NCBI RefSeq assembly: GCF_037042905.1
Contig: NC_087246.1
Coordinates: 5,830,001 to 5,894,000 of the forward strand
Length of the DNA: 64,000 nt
Origin: Lytechinus pictus
Taxonomy: Eukaryota
Direction: 5' to 3'
The notes below the pieces were generated by a model. The model had not been told where the DNA came from and ran no database searches. It saw nothing but the letters and a program-made list of their open reading frames with translations. Of this stretch, positions 37,140 through 50,865 are shown piece by piece; within the stretch, counting starts at the first letter, position 1, and the number at the start of each line of letters is the position of its first letter. Position numbers and translations under genes: made by a program.

Positions 37140-37840
37140 TTCCCGGGGTTAAGCTTAGCCCACTTTGGTTTCACACTATGTTTTACCAAAGTGGGCTAGC
37201 ACAGTACTATCTGGCCCTGCTAAAAAGCGGGGTTAGCCGGCTTATTGCGGTGCTATGAACTGCAGTGTGAAACCAAATCGGGCTAAGGAAAAGTGGGGCT
37301 AAGCATAACAGCCAATCACAGAAGTCGAAATTGCACATTGATCACACGTTGTGTGGCAAAATAATAATAATATTTAGTCAGTTCTTGTATAGCGCATAAC
37401 ACATTATGAATAACGTCTCTATGTGCTTCCAAAGGACTTGGATATTATTACCCCGATGTAGCTCAAGCAGCTTTCCAGTGCTCGGCATTTCAAGGAATAA
37501 ATTCCTGCCAGGTACCCATTCACCTCACATGGGTTGAGTGCAGCACAATGTGGATTAATTTCTTGCTGAAGAAAACTATGCCATGGCTGGGATTTGAACC
37601 CACCACCCTCTGTTTCAAAGTCCGGAGACTAATCCACTGGGCCACAAAGCTCCACATCAATAAAATTATCAATATTCATGAGCTGTGCGACAATCCGGGG
37701 TTAAGACAAGCAAATAGTATATTGGGTTAAGAAAGACAGTCTGAAACCAAAAAAAAAGATAGTATGGGGGAGGATAGTCAAGGTTTATTTTTAAGGATTG
37801 TACTTGTATGGGGTTAAGGAAATGCAGTTTGGAAACAGAC
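37140..37840. mobile_element. Dispersed repeat (MITE-like host of the SINE at 37360); related copy at ~53258-54040
   Basis: Shared GCTTAGCCCACTT..AGTGGGCTAGCACAGTA and AGACAGTCTGAAACCAA..AAAGATAGTATGGGG in both copies. Confidence 0.65.
37360..37654 (-). mobile_element. tRNA-derived SINE, full length
   Basis: tRNA-like head with A/B boxes, central CACTCAACCCA.GTGAGGTGAATGGGTACC, (ATT)n tail; matches 50569-50865. Confidence 0.88.
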
Positions 37841-38719
37841 TCAATGAGAAATGATGTGCCACAGTCAGATGTATTCTGTTGATAGTACTTGTTGCTGTAG
37901 TTTTTGCCCTAGGATATTGAACCAGATGGTTTTCTCTTTCCAAGGCTTTATTACATCATTGTATTTACATTTAAGGATGGGATTACAGTTCACAGACACA
38001 ACATTGTCTGCCATCATCGCTTTCACACAAACTCTAAAGTAGAGGCCTTTTAATACAGGCAATGGAAAAAAAATTGATTCATGATATTTAGAATGGCACT
38101 GACGCACTGTGGTGGATAGCTCTACAAGTAAGCTACCCCTACTATGCTTGTAGCTTATACTTGTAGAATAGGCTACATATTTATCCATGCAGGCTATGTA
38201 TTATTAAATGATTAGTGACTTTGTAGGTCTTGACTTTCCTACATGTATATGCTCCATGCACTTGTAGGCTTGCCTACATTTTCTTTAAAAAGCATGCAAC
38301 TTATGATATATACACAATCAGTTATTTATTATACCTTTTAATTAAAATGCAATAGCTAGTTAAAAAAATAATGGGGGGAAATGAAAACAAAGTAGGCCAA
38401 GTCTTCTGGTAATTTATCACCCATCTTGGATGATATCAGTGGGATAGGACTCTGCTATGTGTGGTATCTCACGGAAGAATAATAGGGAGCTTTCTCCTTA
38501 CCAGCCAATGAGCTGTCAAGTTTGTTCGCTTCTTGAGATGATTCACAACTGTATCGGTTTTTGCTGCAAAATTGAGGTCAGCTTTTGGTACTCAAGGGTC
38601 AGGTCTGGTTTCCCAACCACCCCCTGTGATGATGAGGGGTAGAGTGTACAGGATGCCTTTAAGACTGGGAAGGATAGGGTGGGGACTGGGGATTTGGACC
38701 CCCCTTTCCTGTATGTTAA

Positions 38720-39075
38720 AGGTCAAGTCCACCCCAGAAAAATGTTGATTTGAATAAATAGAGAAAAATCAAACTAGCTTAAAGCTGAAAATTTCATCAA
38801 AATCGGAGGTAAAATAAGAAAGTTATGACATTTTAAAGTTTCGTTTATTTTTCACAATACAGGGTTGTGATATGCACAATTCAATGACATGAAAATGAGA
38901 CAGTCGACAATGTCCTTCACTCGCTATTTCTTTTTTGTTTTTATTGTTTGAATTATGCAATATTTCATTTTTTACATATTTGACAATAAGGACCAACATG
39001 GCTGAACCATATAGTATTGAACAATGCTAATTCCACATGTTAAGGGAGGAATTAATCATTGTTTCACTTGACAAT
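38720..39075. mobile_element. Truncated TTAA-type (Kolobok-like) MITE, left part; opposite-end fragments at ~24280-24408 and ~54490-55443
   Basis: TTAA|AGGTCAAGTCCACCCCAGAAAAATGTTGATTTGAAT is the reverse complement of ATTCAAATCAACATTTTTCTGAGGTGGACTTGACCT at ~24371-24406. Confidence 0.7.
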
Positions 39076-42047
39076 AGTGAGTGGATTTTGCAAATAATCC
39101 TAAGTTGACTTGGGATTGCAATCTTGAGATTAATCTAGCGAACTATCCCGATGATTGTGTCTCCATTACAAATAATCTCGAAATTGTTCAGATCGGGATA
39201 ATTTGGTGAATCAGAAATAGCGCGAGTTTTTGAAAACTCGGGCTGGTGCAGGCGGACCTATATATGGTTGGGTATATATGAGGACAGTAATAATGCTTGA
39301 TATCTACATGTACTGCTACTCCCCTCTTCTGGTGCGATTTGGGCAACAGATGATGTAGTGGGGAGAAGAGAATAGAGATACATGTAGGGAGAAAAGGGAG
39401 CATGTGAGAGAAAAAGAGGGAGAAAGAGATGGTGTGAGAGGAAAAGGGAGAGGTATTCGAGAGAAAGCATAAGCTCTGTGAAATTAGGTGCATATCACGT
39501 TGCAAAAAGCTTGTATCCTCTAGATAGATTTCCATGGTTTTCATGAGCAGGAACTAAACTTGTTTTGTGCGGATTGGGTCAAAGAAGCTTCAAGCTTTTT
39601 TTACTATACACTCGCAACTATCCCTTTTCTACACATTTGGTGCAATTTTGAACTTCATTTGCTCTTAAATTACTACTCAACTCCGTGAGTAATTGATGGG
39701 AAATTTTCAAAATCACACTTTTGTGTCAGTCTCAATTAGTAGAAATTTTTTTATTTCTATACATGGCCAAATCTGTTTAGTCTGTAGACCTGTGTACAGT
39801 ATATCTGCAGATTGTCAATTAACTTTAAATTTAAAGAAAGATCGTATCAATTAAAGGGAGAAAACCAGGAAGATAAATCAGTAGGTGCTTAAATGTTAAG
39901 AAACAAATACAGGCCTCAGGCCTAAATCGTACATGTACTGTAGGCCTATGTTTAAATAATGAGAGGATGGATTGGGAATGGGGTCAGTAGGTTGTTTTGA
40001 TAAGGGGGGGGGGGGTGGGTGGTGAGTGAATAGTAGAACAAAAAGAGAAAGGAAGGGGTGGGGCAAGATCAGAGAAACCCAAACTGTCAGTGAAATGCAG
40101 TTCATCAATACATGTAGCTCAGTCCTGAGAGCACTTCTAACCTAGTGTAATCCTTTTAAATCCATTTACTCAATGATCTCTTCACAGCTCTTTACCACTT
40201 GAGCCTTCTTATTTGTAAAGTTGCTTCATAAAAAAGAAACTGAATGCAATAAAGTATTTCTACCTTGTCTGCAGGATACCTTTGATGTTGAGGCAATATG
40301 CCGCCCTCTTTTTTTTTTTACACTTTGACTTTATGGCTTTGTTTTGAGTTCTCTTTGTCTGTCTGTTGTTTCTTGTTCCCTTCATCTCTCAATCCCTCTC
40401 TCAAAAATGTAAAACTTAGAGTGAAGTGAGAAACCATTCTCTGAAAGCTGACTCATTTATAATGAGATTAGTCTCACAAGTTTCAGACTGATTAGATCCT
40501 GCCAGCTGATTTCTCAAGGTTGTGTTCAAGTTATTTTTATTTTTGACAGAAATCATGATTTGAGAGATGATTAGTGTGATAATAATGATAATAATGATAA
40601 TAATGATAATAATGATAACATGCATTTATATAATGCAAAAACTATTTCTTTATATTCTATTGCGGTGCAAGAGCTTCCCAGATGTAAGATAAAGTTGTGT
40701 TGTAGCAGGGTCCTGGTTGTAGAAGCTGATTGAAATATGGTTGACATGAAAGACAAAATAATACACACTGTAAATATGAACGCTGTCCTGCTGAAACAGT
40801 GAATTTCATGTCTGTGTCTCTAGCACAAACTTTTTATTGAACACACCCATTTTCTTCTACTTCATATGTTGCAAGGTGACAGTGTAATATATGTGTAGTT
40901 TTTTTTTTATTTGTAACGTTAACTGGAGGTGATAGGCCTACAATGGAATTAGTTTCAATTGTCAAGCAATGCTCATGAAATATGGTTGCACACAAATGGT
41001 TTGTAGATGTAGGCTTATATAAGAATCATTTTTTTATGTATCAAGACTGTTGGAAACTGCGTTGAGCATGGTAATGGCACGTAATGGCAATAAAAGTATA
41101 GTGATGAACTGAAAGGCCCAAAATTGATTTTGGTTGGTAAGAGACTGAGTTATTTAATAACGACCAAGAAAAACATGAGAAAAAAAAGGAAAGCACCAAC
41201 TATGAAATTATTTTCTGAAAATTATATCAAGATTTATCACAAATGCTTGCTTCTCTCACTTGTGGCCTTTTATGAATTTCCCCATACACCGTCTGGCCCC
41301 CTCAAAATTTTTTCCTGATTACACCACTTCATGTAGGACCCCGTCCATGGACAATATGGTACGTGAAAATAACAGCTTGTACAGTAACCTGTTCTGGGTT
41401 TCTTGCATTTTGGGGGAATTCAGAGTTAAAATGAGGGTAACATCATAACTCTTATTATGTATACTTCCTCAGAAAAAAGTGTTTTGCATTTATTTTCCCT
41501 GTAACAGTCTCATCTCTTTTCATTTCAACTAGCCAATCTTGGTTATAATAAGATGGCAAGCTCTCAATGACTATCATTCCTAGTTAATCCCCTTCTTGAA
41601 ATACTTGAGGTCCTTTTTGAAAGGGAGGTGCTCCCAAAGGGCTAGGGGTAACAATACCAAGCAATCTTAGAGTTTTCTATAGTAGGGGAGAAGGGGACTC
41701 CCATTGAAACTCCTCAATACATTGTTGTGGTTTTAAGGTAAGGCTATCAATATAATGAGAAAGACCCTGGTGAATAGGACCATAGGAAAACCTTATTGTA
41801 GGATGTGTTTCACTATTTTGTAATTCGTCATACATGTAGGTCTTTTTTTCTAGAGAGGTAAAATTTATATTTCTGCTAGTTAATAGAAATGTATAGCAGT
41901 GAATCAGTTCAAGTAGTGGGTCTGTGGAAGGAAGGAGAAAGAGAGAGAAATCCAGAAAACAAGAAAGAAGGAGGCAGCAACAAGAAAAAGAGCACACACA
42001 TTTAGACTCACATGTATTTTGGCCTATGTACTAGGCCATCATGTAGG

Positions 42048-43236
42048 CAAGGCTCCACATTAACTTTAATTGGTGGTGGCCCGTTTGGGCCACCAAAACC
42101 TTCTTATAATATTTTTTGGTGGCCCGAAAAATATTAAGGAAAACATTAAAAATGAATAAAACAAACTTCTAAAATATTAATTCTGCAGCCACGACCACTA
42201 AAGTTACATGTACTTTCACTGTGTGTATCTTGTTACTCTTGTATGTAAACCTTGTTTGTTGTAATCATATTTTGCAAATCGATTTGTGGTAAAATATAAT
42301 TTATTTTATCATTGTAAATATGAAATGATTGAAAGAGAATAAATCAGTTGTATTGTTCCCAGGTTGTGTGGACTTTCTTTCTTTGATCTACGCATATAGA
42401 CACACACTCATCAAACTCAGATACAAAACAATAAATTTCCCTTTCTTCCTCATTGAATCCCAAAATCTAGAGTATGCAGGCCCCAAATCCAATTCATTTT
42501 TGCTTTCTCTGCCTTGCAGCATATTATAGCAGGAGAAAATCATAGAAAAATATGCTGCAAAATAAGAACAATGCATATAAGTGGGATACAAACAAAAATA
42601 ATTAAAGAAAGAAGTGAAAGAAAACAAAAGAAAAAATAAATGAAGAAAGAAAAAAGAACAGTACAAAAATAAGAAGAAAAAAGAAAAGAAACATAAAAAC
42701 AAAAAACAAAAATCAGGAAAAGGGGGGCTAGGGGGGCTTCAGCCCCCCCCACTTTTTTCCAAAGCCGTGTACAAAAACGTACAAATGACCATATGATTGT
42801 GATTTTTTGCATTGTCAGCCCCCCCCCCACTTTTGGCTCAGCCCCCCCCCCCACTTTGAAAATCGTTCCGCGGCCCCTGCTACATCTGTAGGCTGCTAGT
42901 TGCAATGGCTTCATTCAGCTTATGATATGCTGTGCATGCCCGGCGCCAGCCGGCTGGATATATAGCTACTGTATACTATAGCGGTATATTGTCATGACTA
43001 TGCAAACTTTGTGTGTGTGTATTTGTTTGAAGATTGAAGAAAAAGTGGGAAGACTATCTGGCTTGCAATTTGAACTGTAGAAAGTTGATAAATTTCGTGC
43101 AAATCCGGAGAAAAATTGCGCTAGTTTAAAAATTATTGGTTGCCCGATTCAGGCCACCAAAACTTAGCATTTTTCAATAATGGTTGCCCGAGGTGAATTT
43201 CTGGTGGCCCTGGGCCACTGCTAATGTCAAACCTTG
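42048..43236. mobile_element. Non-autonomous TIR element with a purine-rich core and a nested GC-rich MITE fragment (~42713-42879)
   Basis: CAAGGCTCCACATTA versus reverse complement CAAGGTTTGACATTA; ATGTAGG(C) on both flanks; subterminal GGTGGCCC/GGCCACC repeats. Confidence 0.65.
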
Positions 43237-43687
43237 ATGTAGGCCTACCTAAAATATATATATTAATGATATTATCAATCATTTTACAGGCACTGTTGAA
43301 TTTCAATTGGTGTAGATGGGACAGGAATTGGCCTACATTTTTAAAATAATGCACACTCAATACACTGTAATGGAAAATAAAGTAAAATTTTTCAAATTTT
43401 TGAAAAGACAAATGTGATGAGTTTTTCCAAAATATATGCGTGTATTTGCCACTAATGTACTCTCATGTTATGTTATCTATTGCCTACTTCAACCCTTTTT
43501 CTCACAACATTTTTTTATCCCATGACTATTGTTAAACCTCACACTATAACCCCGACATGAGAAATGGTCTTTATTCCACAATCACAAAGGCTTTCCAAAA
43601 ACTTGGCAAATTTTTGTGATTTTTGAATGATGAATATTTTCTCATGTCTGCACACCAATCAGATGAAATATTTTCAGTATCCTTTAA

Positions 43688-44836
43688 AGGGGTAGTTCAC
43701 CCTGAGAAAAAGTTTATTGTAAATAATAGCAGAAAAATAATAAAAATATTGCCTCAGGTTTGAGAAAAATCCATCGAAGAATAAAAAACTTATTTGATTA
43801 TTTGATTTGTGACATCATATGCGAGCAGCCTTTCATGTTTCCTCCATGTCGTATGGTAAAAAATTGATAAAATGTCCTTTTCTCAGAAAAGTGAAAAAGG
43901 TTTTTACTCTACCTTCAGTATGGCTGCGTTTATGCAACCTCAAGCCAGAATCAGCGTTTAGACGACCTTCATTCCAATGCCATTTCTCCTCGGAGTCATG
44001 CCAATCCAGTGCGCAGTTTGACATAGGAAGTATACATGTAGGTTAACTTTTTTGCACGTGTTTCGGCTCTTGAAAAATCAATCTTTTGCTTCCAGAATTC
44101 AGTCTATACCTCATTTTGTTTACTTCTATTCATCTTGTCGGTTTATCAAAAATGGTGTTCGGAAGTGAATGTCAGCGTAGATCCAATTTAATATCGACAC
44201 TGTTAACTCAACAACAACTGAGATCATTGTCTGTCCAGTTCATTACTAGAGCTTGAATTCGAAGACAAAAAAATAACGAAAAGTAGTGGACGATGCCATG
44301 ACCAACACAACATGAAGTTAAAATGCACGTGACGAGAAATGCATGCATAGCACATATACTGTAGGCCTAATAGCGCATGCCTTGAGCATGGCAAGAGTCA
44401 AACCGGAAGAAGCCCGACACCATGATGTCATAGAATCATGATTCAAATCACGATTGCGTTTATACAACCTTTTTCGTTTGTGATTCTACAGAAACGTTTT
44501 TCCAAACACCCCTTTTTCCGTGTTTCATGTTTGTGATTTGAAAGATGTTTATTTTCACTTTTGACTAAACACATTGTGATTTTTCAGAATCATGATTTGA
44601 AACATGATTCTAATCATGATTTTTTTTTTACAAAAAGTGGCGCATAAATCAATAGACAGATCATTTCACACCCGTTCCTAAACAAAACAAAAGCTGCTCG
44701 TTTATGACATCACAAATCCAAAACTTAAAATTCTAATAATTTTCTTAATGGATTTCCAAAATTTTTTTAACCAATATTTTTTATCATTTTTGCTGCTATT
44801 TTAACAAGAAACTTTTCTTCAGGGTGAATTTCCTCT
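43688..44836. mobile_element. TTAA-flanked (Kolobok-like) MITE carrying a nested copy of the 31442 family at ~43922-44650
   Basis: TTAA|AGGGGTAGTTCACCCTGA ... TCAGGGTGAATTTCCTCT|TTAA; internal GGCTGCGTTTAT..ACCTCAAGCCAGAATC; partial relative at ~27722-28010. Confidence 0.78.
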
Positions 44837-44956
44837 TTAAACCCAGTAGTATAATTTCCTGTTCGCATAAATGTAGGCCAAATTTTCTCCCTAACCTTGG
44901 CTAAGGAAATACGCCTACTTGCTTTTTCACAGCAAAGTCAGTTATCCTAAGGCTCT

Positions 44957-45401
44957 GACCCTGTTCTCATCGTTCTAAAACTATTTTACTGGAAACTACT
45001 ACAGTATACAGTAGGTTAACTTCTAATGAGATTGGTCGCAGTGGTCTTGGTAGTGATCTTCCAAACTGGTTCGAAAACCACCTCGCGATGTAGTTTTCAA
45101 GATCGCTTTACCTCCTAAACTGGTTTTAGCGTAAGTGAGGACACAACCGTTCTTCAGGAAGCGATCTCTGCACATTTTGAGCACTTTTCTCATAAAAATA
45201 TCTATGTTGCGGTTTTAGATTTCGCGCGAAACCTGTCACCCCAGAGAGCATTCCCATAGCAACAAAACCGATTTACGTGAAGAGGTTTTTTAACTGCTTT
45301 TGGGTGATCAAATGGGAACGCTAGTAAAGCGATTTTCCAAACTGGTTTCCTGAACCAATTTCCAGTAAACTATTTTTAGAAGGTATAGTGAGAATGGTGT
45401 C
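44957..45401. mobile_element. MITE with imperfect TIRs; decayed relative at ~47076-47507
   Basis: GACCCTGTTCTCA..TTCTAAAA..TTTACTGGAAA versus TTTCCAGTAAA..TTTTAGAA..TGAGAATGGTGTC; recurring AAACTGGTTT motif. Confidence 0.65.
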
Positions 45402-48400
45402 TCTGATTGGACAACAGTGCTGGCTCTGTTGCTCCTACATGGCTTGTAAAGCCCTAGGGAGCAACATCCTTGGCTTGACTTGGCTGGGTTTCTGTTCACA
45501 TGATGAACCTTAACACCTCTATTTGAAGTCCTGACCAAGTAGTCCTGTACTATAGTTGGGGTTAGCCAAGCCTTTTTGCCCACTTTACAAAAACGTAACC
45601 TCAGACTAAATGTGGGCTAACTTGCCATTTAGCATCAGCCCTCAAGAAAAGGGTAGGCCCCTATAACCGAGCTATAACATATATTTTTACAAAGCGCTCT
45701 CAGTCTATTTTATTAGCCTTCTTCACTAGCCAGTCTTTTTTTTATGACTCTGTTTGCTTGCTTTGCTGTACTGTCCCCACCAGGGATCCAGGCAGGAAAT
45801 TTAAGAATTCTGTGAATCATCAGGGAGGGGAAGGGGAGTCATCCTCACTGGAAAAGAAGGGTCATTTGAAAATTGAATGCTCTTTTAGAATTGAGATTAC
45901 AAGGTTTGCAGCAGAACTCCAGAGGAAAAATTCCTAGATAACGATTTGCAAGCAAATTTCCAAATAGACTCAATAATAATATATTAATATGACCATTCCC
46001 ATACATGTCGTAATGTAGCTACAATGTAGATATAGATATTTATTCAAGCATGGACCAACTACATGTACTCTAGAACCATGATTCAATCAAGAAAATTGAG
46101 AGTTCCTTCTCAGTAGTCTGTAATTCCATACATGTACATGTAGTCAAATAGCATAAACATTTGAAATTTAATATGTGAAAATGTTAATAATGTTGATAAG
46201 TTAATAGACTTGTATTTTTTTTCTCAGACTCTTGTGACACTGAATTTCTTACATGTAGGTATACATTTATTTCACTGGCCCACCAGTCTCTGCCCAAAAA
46301 ATTCTGGCAGGTGCTGCAGTGGTTTAAATACCTGTAATAAGGGTTATGACTCTTTACTCCTTTAATATAAGGCCAATATCATACAGTTTTTTATCTATTT
46401 AGTTTGTCCAATTACCATAGAAGGGGGGGGGGGTACATGTATGTCACATAATGTTCTCTCCATATAATTGCTGAGTGAAAACAGCTACCTTCCTGGTGTC
46501 AGTCGCGTCACTACTCACTGTCATAAACTAGAATGGAGCTTCCAAAGTAAATACTGTAAATTAATTTTCTTAGAGACAAGTCACAAAAACTCATAAACCA
46601 TCTTTTGTTTAGCTTCCATATCCTTGTGAAGCTCGTAATGGGATTCATTGCTTGACACAGAGTAACCTCATTGGGGCCAGAATAGTCTACATCATCAGAC
46701 CCTTGTTCCCATCGGTATGTTATGACTGCATTGCATGTACACGTATTTATATAAAACCTACATACAGGCCTGTATTTCTGTTCATGCATCAGAACAAATT
46801 TGTGAAAAGGTTATCTCTATGAAATTTTATACCTGAACAGTAGTACATGTAGCATACTGTACACTTGTATCCACATACATGTAGGCTATATTTTCTTATC
46901 TTACAAATATGGGACCCATCTTCCACAAATTTGCATTTATATGCATGAGATTTGCCTTGACTTGGCATGAGATCACAGGCATTTTGTACAGATATGGGGA
47001 TTTGCTGTGATACTTACATGAGAAAGAGATTTGACGGGATGAGCAAGTTGTGGTTTTCAAGACCACTTTGCCTCATTAAACTGGTTAAGTGTAGGTGAGG
47101 ACACAACTGTTCTTTGGGAAACGATCTTCGCATGGAAGTACGAGAGTCTTTGCATTTTGGGCACACTAAGTCATTACGCACTGTGTGTAGAATGCCTATG
47201 CTGCAGTTTAAAACTTCGCAAGAAACATACATGTATGACTCTAGTGACTCCACTCAGACTAATAGTGCAGTCACATTTCACATTTTGGCGAGACGTAAAC
47301 AGCCGTTTTATTCATTCCGACTTGCCATGCCACCTTTGGGGAAATGTGACTGTGCCATAAGAGCATTCATATAGTAGACCACTTGAAGTGAAGAGGTTCT
47401 GGAAACTAGTTCAGGAGATAGTGATGAGGAGTGAAGTGATCTTCCAAACTGGTTTCCTAAACTGGTTTTAGGGAAACCCATTCAAGAAATGAGATGAGAA
47501 CAGGATCAATGTAATCTGCTATGCAAAAACAGGCTGCATGCTAAGACTGTCAATGAAAATGACAGCATAATAATTCTTCCAATGCCCAGTAATATACCCT
47601 GATTATTTATGAGAACAGATTTTACAATTTCAATTACAATATACATGTACTACCCCCCCCCCTTCACTTCATTATTGTACCCCTTTACTCCTACCCATGT
47701 CTCACCTTGTCTTTTTCCATGGAAAAAATATATTTAAAAAATTGATTTTATTCTTTCGCTACCTGAATGAACACATTGGAACTAATTCTTTTCATCTGAA
47801 CACAATTTCTATTGTAATTTCTATTCTTCAACATTTAAAACATGCAAATATTTATCAATGAATGCTTATCATAGATTGACTACTTTTCTCTCAATGTTTA
47901 AAGCCTACATAAAGTTCTATATATACTAGGGCAGCAGTTTTTGATGAAAAGTAATGAAAAGCAAGCAGATGATGGAGGTTGGAAAAAAAAACCTGAGATG
48001 CTGGGCAGACAATGAAAATGATAGCGGTGAACGATTTCTTGATCGGCTGGCGCCAGGGATGTTACCATAAAATTCATTTGGAAGGAGAAGAGAATCAAGA
48101 ATGATGGAAAGGGGAAGAACGATATATCTGCTATGTGGAGGTGTAACCAGAAATAACCAGAGATGATTTGGGCTTTGTTTTGATGTATGATGGAACTGAA
48201 GACAGGGTAAAAGGATGGCATTGAAAAAAGTGCAGTGATCTCAACATCAGATGGGTGGTTACAGGTGGTTTATTATGAGCTGCCAACTGTATTTTGTGAA
48301 ATCAGAGCAATATTCATATGCAGAGTACTTAGTATGCCTACAGTTGAAAATGAAGGAATACTTCGGAACTTGTGCACAAAACGTGCAGATGTACATGTAT

Positions 48401-50568
48401 TTTTATTTTATTGGATCATGCCAACCTTTGTTACAGGTTTAACCAGTTTTTTTTATTGTTAGAAAATTCGCAACAAACCCCAGGAAAATGTCACCTTTTG
48501 GGACTATCAGGGAGGGGGTTGTTTATTGGTAACTATGAGAATAATTTATTGTATTATTACCATCATAATAATTATTACCATGGATATAGTTGGTGGGCTT
48601 ATTTGTTATAAGTATTAAGTATCATAATTAGCATTATCATCACCATGTTTTAATTATTGCTCGTACGTTTTTGAAGGTGCACTTGTTGGGACCCAGACTT
48701 GCCAGGTTTAAGACCCAACCTTTGCTTTGCCTTTACAACCATGATTAGGATATAAATGTTTTCTGTTTAGCAAATGTCATTACATAACTCTGAAGTCATT
48801 TAGCCACTCTTATCTTGTATAGTCACCCCCTTGAAATGTTTGTATTTGCAAACAAGCTTGATAAAAAGAGGACAAAGGCAAGGGGAATAAAAATTATCAC
48901 CTGAACTGTGGTATTTCATCACAATAAAGCACCATGAAAGTAAGAAAAGATACACATAATTCTATGATACTTCACACAACAGAACAGATTGTTAGCTAAC
49001 TTAGCTGATCAGTTCTACATCTGTATCTCTTAGCAGGCAACTACATAGTGTGGATCCACAGAAGAGCACAAGATATTGAGAAAAATCTACACTGTACTAC
49101 TGTAGCTTGGTCCTTATAAATATAATACAATTTCAAGCTTTAAATATTCCTCTCCCTTTCTTCTTTTCAAAGATTTGATGAAAAAACAAGTTGCCAAAGT
49201 ATGATGCTTCAAGCAAAAGCTGCGAGTATTGCTTGAAATATTCACTTTCTATTGCTACATTGTACATGTACACCTACTATTTTATAACACCAGCAACAAA
49301 CAATAACAGAAGTTCAGTTGGTCATTTGGTGAAATAAAATCATGTATATACATATACGAATAGGAATCCCTTTAATAGATTCATGTAGTTCTATTAGGAG
49401 ATTAGGAGAGATCTCAAGCATATCGTCAGTGATTTTACGAACCGGCTCAAACTTTATTTTCTGTCAAATTTTCGAAATTTGATTTTTTGCAAATTCTAAA
49501 AGCCTGTGATTTACTCTATTGATTTGCCAAATTTCAGATCGAAATTTGTATTATTTAAAAATAAGGGCATATTTAATATTTTTACGAACCAGCTCTACCC
49601 CCTCCTTTGATTTTACGAACTGGCTCAAACCATTCTTTGTGTTCTATCAAGTCTCTGGAATGGCACGCACAGGTCAAAGATCTGACCTAGAATCTAGTAG
49701 ATGCGGTTCATATATGGTTTGTGCAGGGTTTTTAGGTCTCTAAAAAACCATGCGCATGGCATGAATGATTTTATGAACTGGCTCAAACCATGGTTTGTGC
49801 TGCTAAAAAACAGTGCGCATGATTTTACAGACCGGCTCAAACCCCCTGTTCAAAACCAATTTCAACATGATTATATGTTTCTTTCAGATATGTCAAGGGT
49901 AGAGAGGCTTGGGCATTTCATCTATTTATTTTTTAAATATTGAAAAGGTTATTATTATTCATGGATCCTACGCTTAGCATGCTGAGAAGACCACAGGATG
50001 TAGACCTAAAAAGGAAAATGGTTTGAGAGCATGTCAACTTATAAATTGTGCAGTTGTTTTCTTGCTTTGGCTGTCTGGTGGTAAAGGCTTAGTACCACTG
50101 CATTGAATGGCTAATGCTTTGTAACTTGACCGGTTTTGATCGCGATTGAGAAACCATTGTTCGGCAGGCAGCCCTTGCTTTGGATGCCAAGCTCAAGCCT
50201 GATGGCCATGATTACCAGGTTAATACTGAAGAGAGATAGAGAGAGAAGGGGGGGGGTTGTGGAAATGAGCAAGTGAAAGAGAAGGAGAGAGATACAGAGA
50301 CAGAAAAATGCAATGAGATAGGCCTACATGTATGTTTACTTATATGTGGAGAAGGATAGAGAAAAGGAGAGGCCTTGGGGAAGAGGGAAATTTCAAAAAG
50401 ATGAAAATTACATTTTTTGTAAGCATCAAGGACAGGAAAGAGTGAATGGGACTTTACATCAGACTGCCTGATCAATATTACCATTTAAGAATGTGTCTTG
50501 GCCAAATTGCATGGCATTTCATTATCACTTTTCTGCACAAGTTGCTTTCATACTCACCCGACACAGAA

Positions 50569-50865
50569 AATAATAATAATAATAGACAGTTCTTATATAG
50601 CGCATAACACATTATAAATAACGTCTCTATGCGCTTCCAAAGGACTTGGATATTATTACCCTGGCTTTAGCCTCGCAGCCTTTTACAGCGCTGGGGCATT
50701 TCAAGGAATAAATTCCTGCCAGGTACCCATTCACCTCACCTGGGTTGAGTGCAGCACAATGTGGATAACTTTCTTGCTGAAGGAAATTACGCCATGGCTG
50801 GGATTCGAACCCACGACCCTCTGTTTCAAAGTCCGGAGACTAATCCACTGGGCCACAACGCTCCA
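50569..50865 (-). mobile_element. tRNA-derived SINE, full length, intact A/B boxes
   Basis: Minus strand TGGAGCGTTGTGGCCCAGTGGATTAGTCTCCGGACTTTGAAACAGAGGGTCGTGGGTTCGAATCCCAGCC ... GCGCTATATAAGAACTGTC(TAT)n. Confidence 0.9.

Noticed and set aside
50790..50865. tRNA gene (also at 27448-27517 and 37580-37654)
   Set aside because: No proper acceptor stem, and the tRNA-like part continues into a shared SINE body and tail.
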